From Antedon mediterranea (taxonomy: Eukaryota > Animalia > Echinodermata): DNA of 64,000 bases. Location: NCBI RefSeq assembly GCF_964355755.1, contig NC_092672.1:4588001-4652000 (forward strand). Reading direction: 5' to 3'. Positions 1 to 12,595 of the stretch are shown piece after piece (the first letter of the stretch is position 1; each line of letters opens with the position of its first letter). Position numbers and translations under genes: made by a program. The notes beneath the pieces were generated by a model. That model saw nothing but the letters and a program-made list of their open reading frames with translations, made no database searches and was not told where the DNA came from.

Positions 1-630
1 ATCATCCTTTAGTCTATGCATGTCTAATCAAGCACAAAAACTACATAAATTATTTTCTCCAAAATGTTCAATGAAAAAGAAAAATCAAGTTAAGAAAATC
101 ATATACTGTAGCAAGACTCAGAATAGTTGTGCGATGGCCTCATCATCACAAATTTGAATTTGAAACAGTCGCTAATTTTATTCTGACTATCTTCGCCAAA
201 GGAAGCAGAGCACAATGGGAAAGTAAATAAATTATCTACTAATTCATTTCCCATCTTATAATGCATGTGTTTTATTGTTATTTTCATTTCTGTGATTTAT
301 ATATTTATATTATGTATGTTTTGTTTGGCGTCCCTGACACAAGCATTCTTTATTGGTGACGCCACCATTTTAGAAATAAATGTTGATTGATTGATGCCTA
401 CAGTACACTGAATGATTATTTAATTTTTCTTTGGCTTGTTTGGCCATATGGGTACGGTTTTCAAAAGAACATTTTTAATGATGTTAGAGATGATTTTACT
501 GTGCAGATGTATATATGTAAATCACAGGTGCAACAAATTTGAATAACTGCTTTGAGATACGTCCCACCTGACAGTTTCATATCACGTACAGCTAGAGGGG
601 TACCGTTGAGTGATACGAACGCAAACTCAC

Positions 631-663
631 TAACCATTATCACCTCATAGTCCTCTAACCAAT
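631..663 (-). CDS. Candidate 33-nt phase-1 micro-exon of RIM-BP, (D)WLEDYEVIMV
   Basis: Acceptor cttttccttccctactgttatag and donor GTGAGT at 630-625; open in the frame left by the 2085 phase-1 donor; competing donors at 634 (GTTAGT) and 643 (GTGATA). Confidence 0.45.
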
Positions 664-789
664 CTATAACAGTAGGGAAGGAAAAGTCCTAAAAATGTCA
701 CTACGTAACTAGTTTCTGAGTCTATTCTTATAGGATACAATCATGTTTATTCCAATATCTATTAATATCTGCCATGAAAATTGACATTA

Positions 790-919
790 AGCTCTGTCTA
801 CACTATCAAACTAGTTTGACAAAAAAAGTGTGATGTGTCCAAATATGGTAGTGATATGACATCATCATGTCCATATATGGGCACATCACACTTTTTTCAC
901 ATAGTGTAGACACAGAGCT
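790..919. mobile_element. PIF/Harbinger-type MITE, family A
   Basis: Termini AGCTCTGTCTACACTAT...ATAGTGTAGACACAGAGCT with TTA on both sides; about 10 related copies in the window. Confidence 0.8.
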
Positions 920-1224
920 TTAGTCAATTTGTTCACTGTATTTGGTAGATGTAAAGTTGTACAGATGGTAGTAAAAAATAAAATGAAGATGATTGTTGAT
1001 GATAATACAATGACCATGACAGCAGGTTATTGTCTACTAAATAATGAAAGTCACTATCTAACTCTGCAATGCTAAATTAAAGGGGAGTTGGGTTACATAG
1101 TTTAAAACGATCGTGACTATGAATTAGATGATCGCACAAACTGGCTTCATCTGATAAACATGCAAGTCCAACTTTGATTACGATATATGCAATCACTCAA
1201 ATCAAATTGACTCACTGACTCTTA

Positions 1225-1469
1225 GCCGATTCTCGGTACTGTATCTATAACTTGTCTAGAATCTTTGGCAAGTTCTGTATTACAGTGTCATATATGTATC
1301 ACATGTGACATCTCTTTCAAAGGCCATAAGGCTAAACTAACTCTGGCCAAACCTACCTAACCTTAACATACAACCACCACAAGTGATACATATGTTACAC
1401 TGTATTATAGATTTTGTCTATGATACTAGACACAGTAATGCCATATGTGGTGATACAGTGAATCGGGTG
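1225..1469. mobile_element. Degenerate foldback MITE with ~80-bp inverted arms and CCTAAC-like spacer
   Basis: tgtctagaatc...tacagtgtcatatatgtatcacatgtg is the approximate reverse complement of cacaagtgatacatatgttacactgta...gatactagaca; ends ccgattc / gaatcgg. Confidence 0.6.
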
Positions 1470-2084
1470 CAATTCTTTAATGAATTAAATTAAATAACAA
1501 AAAATTGGAGAATACATCAAAATATAACTGCATTATTTTTAATATACATACTTTGCTATATGATGAATATGCGAATGAGATAAGTTAATGACCTTAATCA
1601 TTTAGCGCAGCAACGAAATGGGGATTTAAATGATGTTTAACGCATTGTCATCACTTTGAATAATGTGGATATGTGCTTACTAATTGGTGTTGATGAATTA
1701 TTTTAGGTCATACAGAATGGCGATGTATAGTAAATTCAGACACAGCAGATAGTTTAAGACCCAACAGATACTTTGAATAGAAACAAAGTTTAGATATACA
1801 GTATTCCCATGCTCTGAAATAAATTTAGAAGAGGCCCAAGTTGGCTGTGACACCATTTTTAACATTATGAATTTCTTCTAATAAAAATTAACAATATTTG
1901 CTACAATATCAGGAATAACACAAAGTCCCACTAATTGTTTTTCTCCCTTCAAAATGCAACAAACTAAAACTGGGATTATAGACATTTAAAAATCACAAAC
2001 CAACCTTTTAAACAGGCACTTGATATACAATGATACATTACTGCCTCTATTACCTACTAAATGAGGAAAATAAAAACAACAAAC

Positions 2085-2304
2085 CTTTAGAAGATGCATC
2101 ACTTGATTTGCTGTACTGTTTCTCCTGCGTCTGCACAGCTATCTCTTCCATTGTTTTATTCGTAACCTTACGTAGGGTTTGCAACTCTTGTGTAAGCTTA
2201 CCGACGTTAATACTCTGCTCTTCATATCGTTTCTCCAGTTGCCTTACTTTATCCTCTAATTTGCTGACGGAATCGTGATGTTCCCTCTTGCTTTGTTGTT
2301 GCTC
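2085..2304 (-). CDS. RIMBP2: RIM-BP coiled-coil exon (EQQQSKREHHDSVSKLEDKVRQLEKRYEEQ...SSK)
   Basis: tag acceptor at 2305, 73 codons + 1 nt, donor GTTTGT; resembles AQ..REHEGAVQLLE..VRELEE.CR.Q.EQF..L..EL of TSPOAP1/RIMBP2; the 3' boundary is less certain. Confidence 0.85.
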
Positions 2305-2547
2305 CTAGATATGAAGCACAGAGCCAATCAAATACTATGTTATATACAGGCTTCTTATTTTAAGTGCTTTTGTGATAATTTTCCTAATTATGATGATATA
2401 CATTATCATTATGATGTATACATTCTCTGTAATTGTGCTGGACAAAAGTAGAACAGCCAGCATTAATTTTTTCAACCAATCCTATTTCACAAAGCCTGTT
2501 CCAGTTTGATGGCTGCAGAAAATATTATGAAAATTGGTAATGGTATA

Positions 2548-2790
2548 CAGTAGAACCTCCTCCTGCGGGACATCCCTGGCTATCCACGGGACACCCTTGG
2601 CTATCCACGGGACATCCCTGGCTATCCACGGGACACCCCTGGCTATCCACGGGACATCCCTGGCTATCCACGGGACATCCCTGGCTATCCACGGGACACC
2701 CCTGGCTATCCACGGGACATCCCTGGCTATCCACGGGACACCTCTGGCTATCCACGGGACACCCCTTTTGAGGGGACACTTCCAGTAAAA
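2548..2790 (+). repeat. 21-bp minisatellite (GGGACAYCCCTGGCTATCCAC x9) inside a CAGT-terminated MITE remnant
   Basis: Array 2567-2755 preceded by TA CAGTAGAACCTC and followed by gaggggacac. Confidence 0.9.
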
Positions 2791-2874
2791 CTAATAAGGT
2801 GAAATACATGTTTTAATAATAATAATAAAGTGTCATTTCAATGCATTAGTGGTTTCTGAGCCAGTTTGACTAAC

Positions 2875-2979
2875 CTTTTGTAGATTTCTAATTTCGTCTT
2901 GCTTGAATTGTAAGCTTGCTATGGCCTCTTCATGCTCCTTCTCCAGTTGTTTCCGTTTTTCAGCAGCGGCCTGCATTAA
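2875..2979 (-). CDS. RIMBP2: RIM-BP exon (LMQAAAEKRKQLEKEHEEAIASLQFKQDEIRNLQK)
   Basis: tttttag acceptor, GTTAGT donor, 105 nt phase 0-0; matches recalled human RIMBP2 start MREAAERRQQLQLEHDQALAVLSAKQQEIDLLQK; alternative cag acceptor 9 nt downstream. Confidence 0.9.
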
Positions 2980-3377
2980 CTAAAAATTTTAAAAAACAAG
3001 TTGGTTTAGGCACAGGATTGTTAGCAGTAATTTAATTACAGTAGAATAACTCTCCTTTGGAATATCATAATCAAGGGACATTCTTTACCAGATAACACCT
3101 CTATGAAGGGGTGACGCCCCTATTACATCCTGTGATGAACTGAGGGGTAATTATGTTTCAACACTACTGCAAACCCTTATTCATGGGACACCTCTATTAC
3201 TGGAACTTTGTTATTTCTATATATTTGTTAAATTAAAAAGTATTAATTCTGATAAATAAATATAAAATGTTAAATGGCATTTTCTTTGTTTTGTTTTAAC
3301 AATGTGTATTTTTATATTGTAGTTGTAATTCAATATTTTAAATATTTTTTTCGCACCATTTTTATACCATGTCTTTA

Positions 3378-3595
3378 TAATACAATATTTTCCGAATTTT
3401 TATGCCTTTTGTAAAGTTTTTTATATAAAATAAATAAAAAAAAATGTTGCCAGAACCTTCTGAAAATGAGATGCTATATTTTGTATTTGTAATACAATAT
3501 TTTCCAGACTTTTTATGCCTTTTGTAAAGTTTTTAACATACAATAAATAAAACAAAATGTTGCCAGAACCTTCTGAAAAAGAGATGCTATATTTT
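3378..3595. repeat. Tandem duplication, ~112-bp unit x2
   Basis: taatacaatattttcc...gttgccagaaccttctgaaaa..gagatgctatatttt occurs twice. Confidence 0.85.
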
Positions 3596-3997
3596 CTCCG
3601 TATCTAATTCTATGTTAATTCTTCATCAGTGTAAATGTATCACTTTAAGTACCATCAATCGTACATTATGTATAGCATTTTATTGATTTGCCATAAAACT
3701 GAGTGTGCTAAATTGAAAATTTGTCAATGCAAACTTTACATCATTAAATATAGGGTGATCTCAAAGGTGTTTTTACATTGTGCAAAATGAACATCTGACA
3801 ATGAATACGTAATTAATCAAATATATAGGGTGAATAAAAGGTTATATTGACATTGTGTTAATTAAAACTTGTCAATTAAAACTTTATAAACATCAATTAT
3901 ATCTGAAAGCTAATATTGAATTATGCATTACTATCAATTAGAGTTTTTATTGCACCGTAGTACCCTTGATTTTTCATGATTAATTCAATAAATTATA

Positions 3998-4065
3998 TCC
4001 ACTAGATTTGAACCCACAACCTTGAAATTTAAAGGCATTATGGATGTGAATGACCACGGTGCCAC
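3998..4065 (-). other. Degenerate tRNA-like Pol III head (SINE remnant)
   Basis: Minus strand GTGGCACCGTGG (A-box-like) and GGTTCAAATCT (B-box-like) at tRNA-like spacing; no cloverleaf. Confidence 0.35.
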
Positions 4066-5909
4066 TTTTAAACCAGCAAGTTTTGTATCTCGAGAACATT
4101 GATTTTGTTTATTACTTTATAATAATTGATAGAAGTCGACTCTATTATCAGGTTAAGATAAAAATTCTAAATATGTTCTGCAACATTAGACATTTTAGAA
4201 CATTACGTATATTAGAACAGATAAAGTGTTAAGTGACGATCTTAAATGTTGAGCCAATTACAAAGAAGTTTAGAAAAAAACAATTTAGACTGAATGGCAC
4301 CGAGGCTTAAATTATGTTATAACTACTAAATGGTTTTATTTTTCCCTTGTTCCTAGTACAATTTTATTTTTAACTTCCATCATCAATTAAAGGAATAATT
4401 AGGGTAAGTTAAGGTTTACATGCTCTTTTCTCATTTGCAGTTTAATTGTGTTCTATTGGAGTTACGGTTAAAAGTTATTTAGTGCAAAGATTACCACGTG
4501 GCAAGATGATTATATTGTTTGTCAACATTACATTCTGAAACCTATCGGAGGTAAGCTACATTGGATTTACCTCTAAAATTAGTTACACGTAGGTCTATAC
4601 ATATATTGGAGTTAATAACATTGCTGTATAAAGTGATCACATGAGCATGTTTTAACTCTGATATGATTCAGATTAACTCCATTCTATGCATGATTAACTA
4701 AAGTGTGTGTGAACATAGGTAAGATTGTATACCTGTACATTAGTTTTACCATAATATTATTTCAAACTTTAAAAAATGTTTTGGTTATTTTCAGTAATAA
4801 GTACATAAAATTATAAAAGTATAATTTGAAATATCATATCCTCATCTCATCTCGCAACATCCACAAAATTCATGTTAGCAACAAAATATGATTTTTTTTT
4901 TATTTTTAGAAAATTCAATGCAACTTAATGACGCATTGTCAAAAAAGCCAATTAGCAAGATGGGTTCTTAAAATAACAAATAAATTAGTAACCAGCGAGC
5001 ATTTTAACTAATGAACACTAGAAGGAGACGATATACAGACGAGTGATAGACTTAAAGATTAAAACATGATTACATTAATACAAATTAAGACTTAATCCAT
5101 CTTGGGAGATAATATTAAACTGAATTTTAACCTTTTAACTTTCTGCTTGTTATTTATTCTTTTCACACTAAACTGTTTAGGCAGTTTCCACTTAAAATTC
5201 ATGTGATTAACTTCAGGTTAAATTCAAGTGAATTGAAAAATTTCAACTCGCAAGAGAACTGATTATGTTTAATTTGTCAATGCATAGATAGGAAATATAA
5301 GATTAGAAAGATTTTGTCTCGCACATTCTTGTCGACTGAAGTTCAACCATAATACTCTACAAAGTATATAATCATCAAATTTTTTTATAACATTTTATTA
5401 TTATAACAAACTCTGATCCGCAAACAATGAATATAGATATGAGTAGTGAGAATATGAGATTCTGAGATAGAAGGAAAATGGCCGGAAAGATTATTAACAA
5501 AAACATCGTTTGTTTGGCAATTTTACAAACATTTATTGAAAAACTAAGTAAAAGAAATCAATACAAATTTTTTTTTTATGAAAATAAATAAATAGATTCG
5601 GTAACAGTTGGCTGATAAACATAAATAATAATTAATTTTACACTACAGTAAATAATTAAAAAATAATCCATTTTAGAGAGGCCAATTTTAAAGTAGAGGA
5701 TGGCAAATTGTTCAACAAAATGTGTCCCTTCATATAGGAATGATGGAATAAATTTATTTTTTGAGTAAAGGTTGAAAATGTGAAAAAGAAAATATTACAC
5801 TAAAAATGTCTCCGTACATTCAATTTCCTCTCCTTTTGCAGTTAATACGAGCCAGATTTGGAGTTAGTATCAATCGATTTAAAATCTACCTTTATGTGTC
5901 GTCTCTTAC

Positions 5910-6032
5910 CTTCACTTGATCTTCAAGTTTTTCAACCGTTTGTTTCAACTCATTCCTCTCAAATATAGATGTTTCGTACAGATCCTGCTGTTGTTTTAAA
6001 ACACCATTCAGCTTCCTACATTCCTCTTCGAA
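5910..6032 (-). CDS. RIMBP2: RIM-BP exon (FEEECRKLNGVLKQQQDLYETSIFERNELKQTVEKLEDQVK)
   Basis: tttatttacag acceptor, AAG/GTAAGA donor, 123 nt phase 0-0, heptad pattern. Confidence 0.9.
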
Positions 6033-7096
6033 CTGTAAATAAAGAAAAACAAACAAAATTACAATCATGCTTTTCAATGATATTAAGCTACGCAAAGCGG
6101 ACTACGACCAAGCAACATGTACTAACATGTTGTACAGCGAAATGAACTGCTATTACAGAATGGAGACGAAAAGAATTTTAAATAATTTGAGTTAAACTGC
6201 ACAGATTCATTAAGTATGTCGCAGCATTCAATTCTGTCAGTTTTCATTCAAGATATAGTATCATAAATTATTGAGTACCATGACATGAATAAAAAAAAAA
6301 CACCGAAATTTACGATCATCAACTAATAATAATTAAATCTTTTAAATTTAGTTATGTTTCTATAACAAATAGAAACCATTGATTATTTGTTTTATAACAG
6401 TTACACCACCAAACTTTTATTTAATTCAATTCTAATATTAAATGTCGATGGCCCAATAAAAAATATGGTGCTCGGAATTCAGCTACAGAGTTAAGCCTTA
6501 ATACACTGCACACTCTCAAGGTGGCCAAAAATTGGAAAAAAATCAATGCTTTTGGGTTTGAAGCCTCTTTTCTACTTCCAAAGTGGAGGCATGCCTTACC
6601 TAACATTGACTTGTTAAACCTCATAAGCCCCCTAGATCTATTTATATCCATAATCATGTGTGGGTTGTAAATACATGCGAAAAATATGACGTCAGGCTGT
6701 CAAGGATTATTCTAATTTTAATTTTTAATTATTTCTGCAATTTTCAAAATTCTTCTTTAATTAGATAAGTGAACTGATTACTGTTCATTAATCAGTGCAA
6801 ACATTATTTTTATTTATAATGTTATTACGTAACACGAGTACGTAAAAATGATCTGCTCCGAGATAAATAGTACTTATTATTCCTATGGTTTAATTGTAGC
6901 TCTACAAATACTACATAATATTGTTTTTCCAATACTCATTATGCTGGCCAAATATGGATAGGTTGGTAAGCTAAATGTTTTGCCACTGCAAAAAAACATC
7001 TATCTATTTAATATTATAATAGCACGCTAAACACAAAAGGTAATCACGTTTTGTGCAAGAACATATGCATGTAAATTTCTCAGCGAGTGCATTGTA

Positions 7097-7342
7097 TAAT
7101 AACAATAGTTCATTCTTATATAGCGCTCTACAAGCAAGCTTCTCTAAGCTCTGAACATTATTACCCCATAATGCAGCTAGTAATCAGCGCAAAGTTGTGT
7201 CTTGATCTAACCGGCTACCCATTTATACACCTGGGTGGAGAGAGGCAAACGTAAGTAAATTATCTTGCCTAAGGATACAAGCAATGTGGCGAGAGTTGGA
7301 TTCGAACCTCGGTCCCACGATCTCCCTGCACCACACGCCCTC
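7097..7342 (-). mobile_element. tRNA-derived CORE-type SINE with L2-like tail
   Basis: B box GGTTCGAATCC, core TCCTTAGGCAAG...TGCCTCTCTCCACCCAGGTGTATAAATGGGT, tail AGCGCTATATAAG; homologous to 12339 and 37495. Confidence 0.85.
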
Positions 7343-8029
7343 ACTAATATATATTTCTGCAAACACAATGTGTATGTTTGTAATTTTATTTTTTGGCAGT
7401 GATTGCCTTCCATACATCTCCTTCTAAAACACTCGGTCGATACTAACACCGTTCGAGCTGGGGTACCTTTTAATTTCATTTGGGCAGGAAGCATTTTTTA
7501 GAACGATTCAGCAATTCTTGGCCAAATTCTATATCACAATCAGGTCAGACAATTTAGATGGTTCCCGTCCATTGGATGGGCAAGTCTCTAGTGGTATAAT
7601 GAAAAAGTGGTGATCTCACCCTTCATTGAAGGTTTGTCATTATGTAAAGAAGGTTGAACATTGTGTTTTGCATGACAAACTGACCTGTCCAAAAAATTAT
7701 ATTCTAGGCTACTTTCACCTCGATTCGTAAACTGTAATCTTTTCAACAAAGTGCTTTAATGTTGCCTTACATATTTTCTAACGAATTGGCCTAGACCTGA
7801 ACACACATTCATCGTTTATTTAAAGTACTACTTTAAACAAAGTGATTTCACAAATGTATGGAATATTTCTTTAATGGCGAAACACATTCATGTTAATTTC
7901 TTTATCCAATAATGTAAAATCGAATGACTTGCTTGTCGTAAAATATTTATATCTCAATGTAATTTTAATAAATTGAATGTCAAATGTGAAGTTCACACGT
8001 AAAACTAACAATGAGATTGACATATAACT

Positions 8030-8360
8030 TTACAACCTTGAAATGATGCTGACGTAGATCAGCTTTGTTTGACAATGTATTGTTTAAATTGCTTTTAATG
8101 AAATTGCTGATTTTGAAAAAACATGAACTTAAAATTGATATGATACTGCTAAATCAACTTTGTTTGAAAATGTATTGTCGAAAATGTCTTAAAAAATTGG
8201 AATTAAATTGCTGAATTTGAAGAAACATGAACTTAAAATTGATGTGATACTGCTAAATCAATTTTGTTTGAAAATGTATTGTCGAAAATGTTTTTGATGA
8301 TTTTGAAGCAACATAAACTTTGCAACATTGAAGCCATGCTGTGAAATCATCTTGGTTTTA
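8030..8360. repeat. Imperfect tandem repeat, ~90-105-bp unit x3-4
   Basis: aaattgctga..ttga..aaacatgaacttaaaattgat.tgatactgctaaatcaa at 8101 and 8206, with decayed flanking copies. Confidence 0.75.
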
Positions 8361-8746
8361 CAAGCAGCATAATTAAAATTTAAATGATAGAAGTTGTGTA
8401 TTTTTTGGAGGATCTCTATCCAGGCAAAATACCTCTAGATGAGACTGATGAAATGAGAGGAACATTTTTAATTATAATAAGTTCTTATCATAAAATACGT
8501 GATCTACAACCAAAAACAATTTAAAAGTTGACTACAAACACCATGTACATGCAACCAGCGTATCATTTTAATGTTGCAAGTCAAGTTACCATACAATCTC
8601 TATACTTTTACCGATAACACGACAGTACAAAAAAGGCCATTCATACGTATAAAACTGTGTGGTGATTTATTACACATGGTTAATCGCCGTCAGGTGAAAG
8701 TTAATATTTTAAAACAATTTTGATCTCAAACTGCGATCAAACTTAC

Positions 8747-8833
8747 AAACCGGAAATGTATTAGATCACTATTTGTCATTATCCAAACATTTGGATTAGC
8801 GTTCCCGGAACTCTTGCACTCCCAAGTTGATGT
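8747..8833 (-). CDS. Candidate alternative 87-nt exon of RIM-BP (TSTWECKSSGNANPNVWIMTNSDLIHFRF)
   Basis: Polypyrimidine tract ttctattttttaacttaacccag, perfect GTAAGT donor, open in phase 0-0; no homology recognised. Confidence 0.45.
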
Positions 8834-9004
8834 CTGGGTTAAGTTAAAAAATAGAAATGTCAAAAAGTGGGAAGATGTAATCAGCGATGAGGCTTTCAAT
8901 ATATGACGTTGTCATATTTATACACTTTGGAATGCCATATTTTAATATGGAATTTTATACCACATTTTCTGTGGTACAAACAGGAACAGTATTGTTTAGA
9001 TCCA

Positions 9005-9235
9005 GGGGACACTCCTATTAAGGGGACACTCCTATTAAGGGGACACTCCTATTAAGGGGACACTCCTATTAAGGGGACACTCCTATTAAGGGGACAATCC
9101 TATTAAGGGGACACTCCTATTAAGGGGACACTCCTATTAAGGGGACACTCCTATTAAGGGGACACTCCTATTAAGGGGACAATCCTATTAAGGGGACACT
9201 TCTTTGGGTACTGAAGGTGTCCCCTTCATAGAGCT
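9005..9235 (+). repeat. 17-bp minisatellite (GGGGACACTCCTATTAA x11) in a MITE remnant
   Basis: Near-perfect array 9005-9200 followed by an inverted gtgtccccttcatagag. Confidence 0.92.
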
Positions 9236-9257
9236 TCCTTCCAATGTACTTGGAATT

Positions 9258-9760
9258 AATTATTATTATTATTATTTATTGCCAAAAACCAGTTACAAAC
9301 AAACAAAAACACAGAAACTAAGGGAGTAGGCAGGATTCTAAAAGTGAACCTAATCACTATAACAAGAGTTCAGGTTCCGTACTCCCAAAGTAACAACAAT
9401 GATATATAATAAACTATATAAAAATATTTAAATAACAAATAGACGAATCAACAGTGTCAATATAAAATAAACGGATAAAATACATTAATCTATGTTTATG
9501 TTCCATTATGTTGTAGGTTGAAATCAATATTTAAACTCAGCTTTAAGCTGGGTTTAACACTTTACGGTGGATCATTAAACAGTGCAAATTACATCATGTT
9601 TTGAACTCTCATTATCGAGCAAATCAAACCTCCAATTTGATAACAATTGACAATTCCTTAAAAAGTGGACAGAAATATTTCAAGGAGTATCTCATTTAAA
9701 ATAATATATTTTTCATTGCCCATAAGAAAAATTAAAATATTCTGCAAAATATTCCTCCTG
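9258..9760 (-). mobile_element. Decayed CR1/L2-group LINE 3' fragment
   Basis: (AAT)n tail at 9258-9280; minus strand contains a PLFKELSI remnant resembling the ORF2 C-terminal region. Confidence 0.4.
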
Positions 9761-10214
9761 TTCATATCCACGATTCACACGTCCATTCAAATTCTTTGAA
9801 ATGACATTTATACATAATTGAACAAATGTTATTCATCTATAATATATACTTTCCCTCGTTTTCAGATAAAAATTACAGGTCAATCAGTTAATGTAAACAA
9901 ACTATATTATATTTCATAATATATTCAGTTTTTTCAGCATTCAGATATTTACCAATATGAAAGCTAGAATGAAAAAAGCTGTGATGGATGGGCGACAATG
10001 TGATGTCATTAACTGCAACATTTCCATTAAAATGGGTGATTTCCGTGCAGTTTAAAGACAGCTAGTACATACACGTGGTAAAGCGTTCAATAGGCTATTA
10101 TTTAGCAATATAAGAAGCATGGCTACTGATGCGTGCATCTATGAAACAAGTTTAAACCCACTTTATTTATAATAAGAATATTGCAAAAGTGTTTTGGTAT
10201 TGGTGCTAGCAAAT

Positions 10215-10500
10215 GTGGTGTAAAGAAGATGAAGGAAAATGAATATGGTGATAACCTAGCAGGAGAGGAGATGAGGAGGAAAAAACTAAAAGACAGAAAG
10301 GAAGATGGAGCGGAAAAAGTGACAAAATAAGAGATGATGTTGATTTAGGTAGGATGGTGGTGATGAAGTTGTGATGATGTTGAGATGATAATTTTAGTGA
10401 CGATAATAATAATATCAATTGTGGTGGTTATGAAAACAATAGTTGGGATGCGGTGTTGAATAGAATGTAGATGATGACAATGTTGGAGTGGTCAGCATTG
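10215..10500. repeat. Purine-rich low-complexity (GAT/GGT/GAG) tract
   Basis: Degenerate gatgat/ggtggt/gaggag runs. Confidence 0.7.
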
Positions 10501-11181
10501 TCACAAAATAAATTGCTGTGATTAGAAAGGAGTGGTTATAAAGTAAGGTTTGCGGTACTCGATGTTTTTACAAAATAAAAAAATTTAAAATAAAATTAAG
10601 AATGCCTTGAAGTTATTATGCTACAGAAAACCAAAGACTCTAAAAGATGTTTAGAGAACATTGAAACATTCTCAACCGTAAACCAATACTAAGTGAACTT
10701 TTATTCACCATGGAAACCTTTAATTAATATATAGTAATGATTATTATAATAATAATAATAATACATTTATGATGAGAGATGATCATGCCACCATTATACT
10801 TTCTTAATTTTTCAATTTCTTCTATATCATCTGCAAAGCATATCTCATTTGTGTACAAATTAAAAATTGATACTTAAGCATTAAATCACAAGGACGTGGT
10901 ACCAAGAAGGCTAATTAATCAACATAATCATATTTAATAAAACCAATCCCATGTGTACAGGTATAGTTATCCAATTTATATCAGACAAGGGTCAAGTTAC
11001 ATATCAGGAGAAATACAGTATCAACGTAATACAGTGAGTGGAGGATAATTAAGATCATTAATAGCCAGTCAAATGTGGCTTTATATCGATGAGAATCCGG
11101 CAACATTAAAATTGTCTGGCTACCGAACTGAATGCAATGTACATGACGACACAATGTAGGCCAGACTGTAGTGTAACTTAC

Positions 11182-11271
11182 CGTTTCCAAATGGGTCAAT
11201 CGTTCTTGTAGCCGCGTGTTCTGATGAGTCAATTCAGTATTTTGAATAAGAGCATTCTGTAGTTCTGAGGT
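11182..11271 (-). CDS. RIMBP2: RIM-BP exon (TSELQNALIQNTELTHQNTRLQERLTHLET)
   Basis: tttttttgtctctccag acceptor, GTAAGT donor, 90 nt phase 0-0; resembles ELQLRQAQNENARLVEENSRL. Confidence 0.9.
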
Positions 11272-11599
11272 CTGGAGAGACAAAAAAAACCCATAATTAT
11301 TAGGAACATATATCATTATCTACGTTTTTATATGTCAACAATTAGTTTATAATTAATTTGATTGTCTTAAGAAGGTACTGTTGTTTCAGAAGAATTAATA
11401 AAAAGAAAGAATCAAGAAAAACAGAGAAATAACGTTATTGGGTATTTTTGGTTAAGGTTATGGTTACACAGACCAACAACAATTTCAAACCTATTTTTTA
11501 CCAAAACTGGACAATCTCGTGGGCTAGCTTAAAATGTCTATTTTCAGGATAGTTCTTATTTGTAAAGTGTTCAGTTTCAGAGATTAAACTGCTGTAATA

Positions 11600-11850
11600 T
11601 TTTATTTATTTAAGCCACTTTCTAGTGCACTGATTTTCAAAGTAGTACATTAATTGGAAATATCATAACATAATAAGTAAAGACAACGAGTAATCAAAAT
11701 AATAAATGGAGAAAATGATAGAAATCAATTTTAGAAAAGAAAACTTAGTTTAAATGTTCCTTATTAATTGTATTTTGGAATGAAGTTATTGACATATTTT
11801 TAAAGTTAATTTTTAATTCATTTTGGAGATCATTCTAGTTTTTAGATTAA
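11600..11850 (-). mobile_element. Decayed LINE 3' end
   Basis: Minus strand KN*NDLQNELKIN resembles the WNxLPxxLK ORF2 C-terminal motif; AATAA tail at 11600. Confidence 0.35.
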
Positions 11851-12338
11851 CAATAAGTAAAAGGTTTTTTTTGCTATGACAAATATTCCAGATGATGACA
11901 ACTAAATCATTATGGCTTTGGCTTCTTATGTATAGAATTGTATAGAATGGGTTGTATTATTATTTTGAGGTCAATATAAATAATGACTGCACCTATCATA
12001 CGCATGTTTATTGTATTGCTAAGAGGGACTAACAGTGACAGGCGCATTTAAAGGATGTATGACGTATAACAAAGATTTTCCATGAATTGTACCTCATTGT
12101 TATTTCAAATTGTATTATTTTGATCAATAAATGTTCTAGAAATCAATGAATGAAAGTATGAGAAATGACAGAATGACAAACGAGTAGTAAAAGCACTTAG
12201 AATTGACTTGATGCTTTATATCAATCAACTATTAAAGTAAAGAAAAAAAAGAAGATAGGTTGCAATCAAATCAGACTAAGCCTTGTCAGCTCCTCCTTAA
12301 CAAATGTCAACTATGTATCTTCAATACAGAATTCATTA

Positions 12339-12583
12339 TCGTGAGAACGAGGTTCGAATCCAACTCTCGCCGCATTGCTTGTATCCTTAGGCAAGATACT
12401 TTACTTACGTTTGCCTCTCTCCACCCAGGTGTATAAATGGGAACCTGGTTAAATCAAGACACAACTTTGCGCTGATTACTAGCTGCATTATGGGAGTATG
12501 TTTCCATACGTGTTTGATCGGGAAAAAATGACTGAGGTAATAATGTTTAGCGCTTAGAGGTTTCGCTATATAAATCCAGGATA
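12339..12583 (+). mobile_element. tRNA-derived CORE-type SINE
   Basis: ggttcgaatcc B box, tgcctctctccacccaggtgtataaatggg core, gctatataaat tail. Confidence 0.85.
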
Positions 12584-12595
12584 CAGTATTTAATA

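Noticed and set aside
2525-2809. Repeat-protein ORFs (GCPVDSQ)n / (GTSLAIH)n
   Set aside because: By-product of a stop-free 21-bp minisatellite in an intron; no compatible splice sites identified
7719-7796. 78-nt AG/GT-bounded exon candidate (and a neighbour at 7620-7684)
   Set aside because: Stops in the phase-0 frame and weak sites; could be UTR but unsupported
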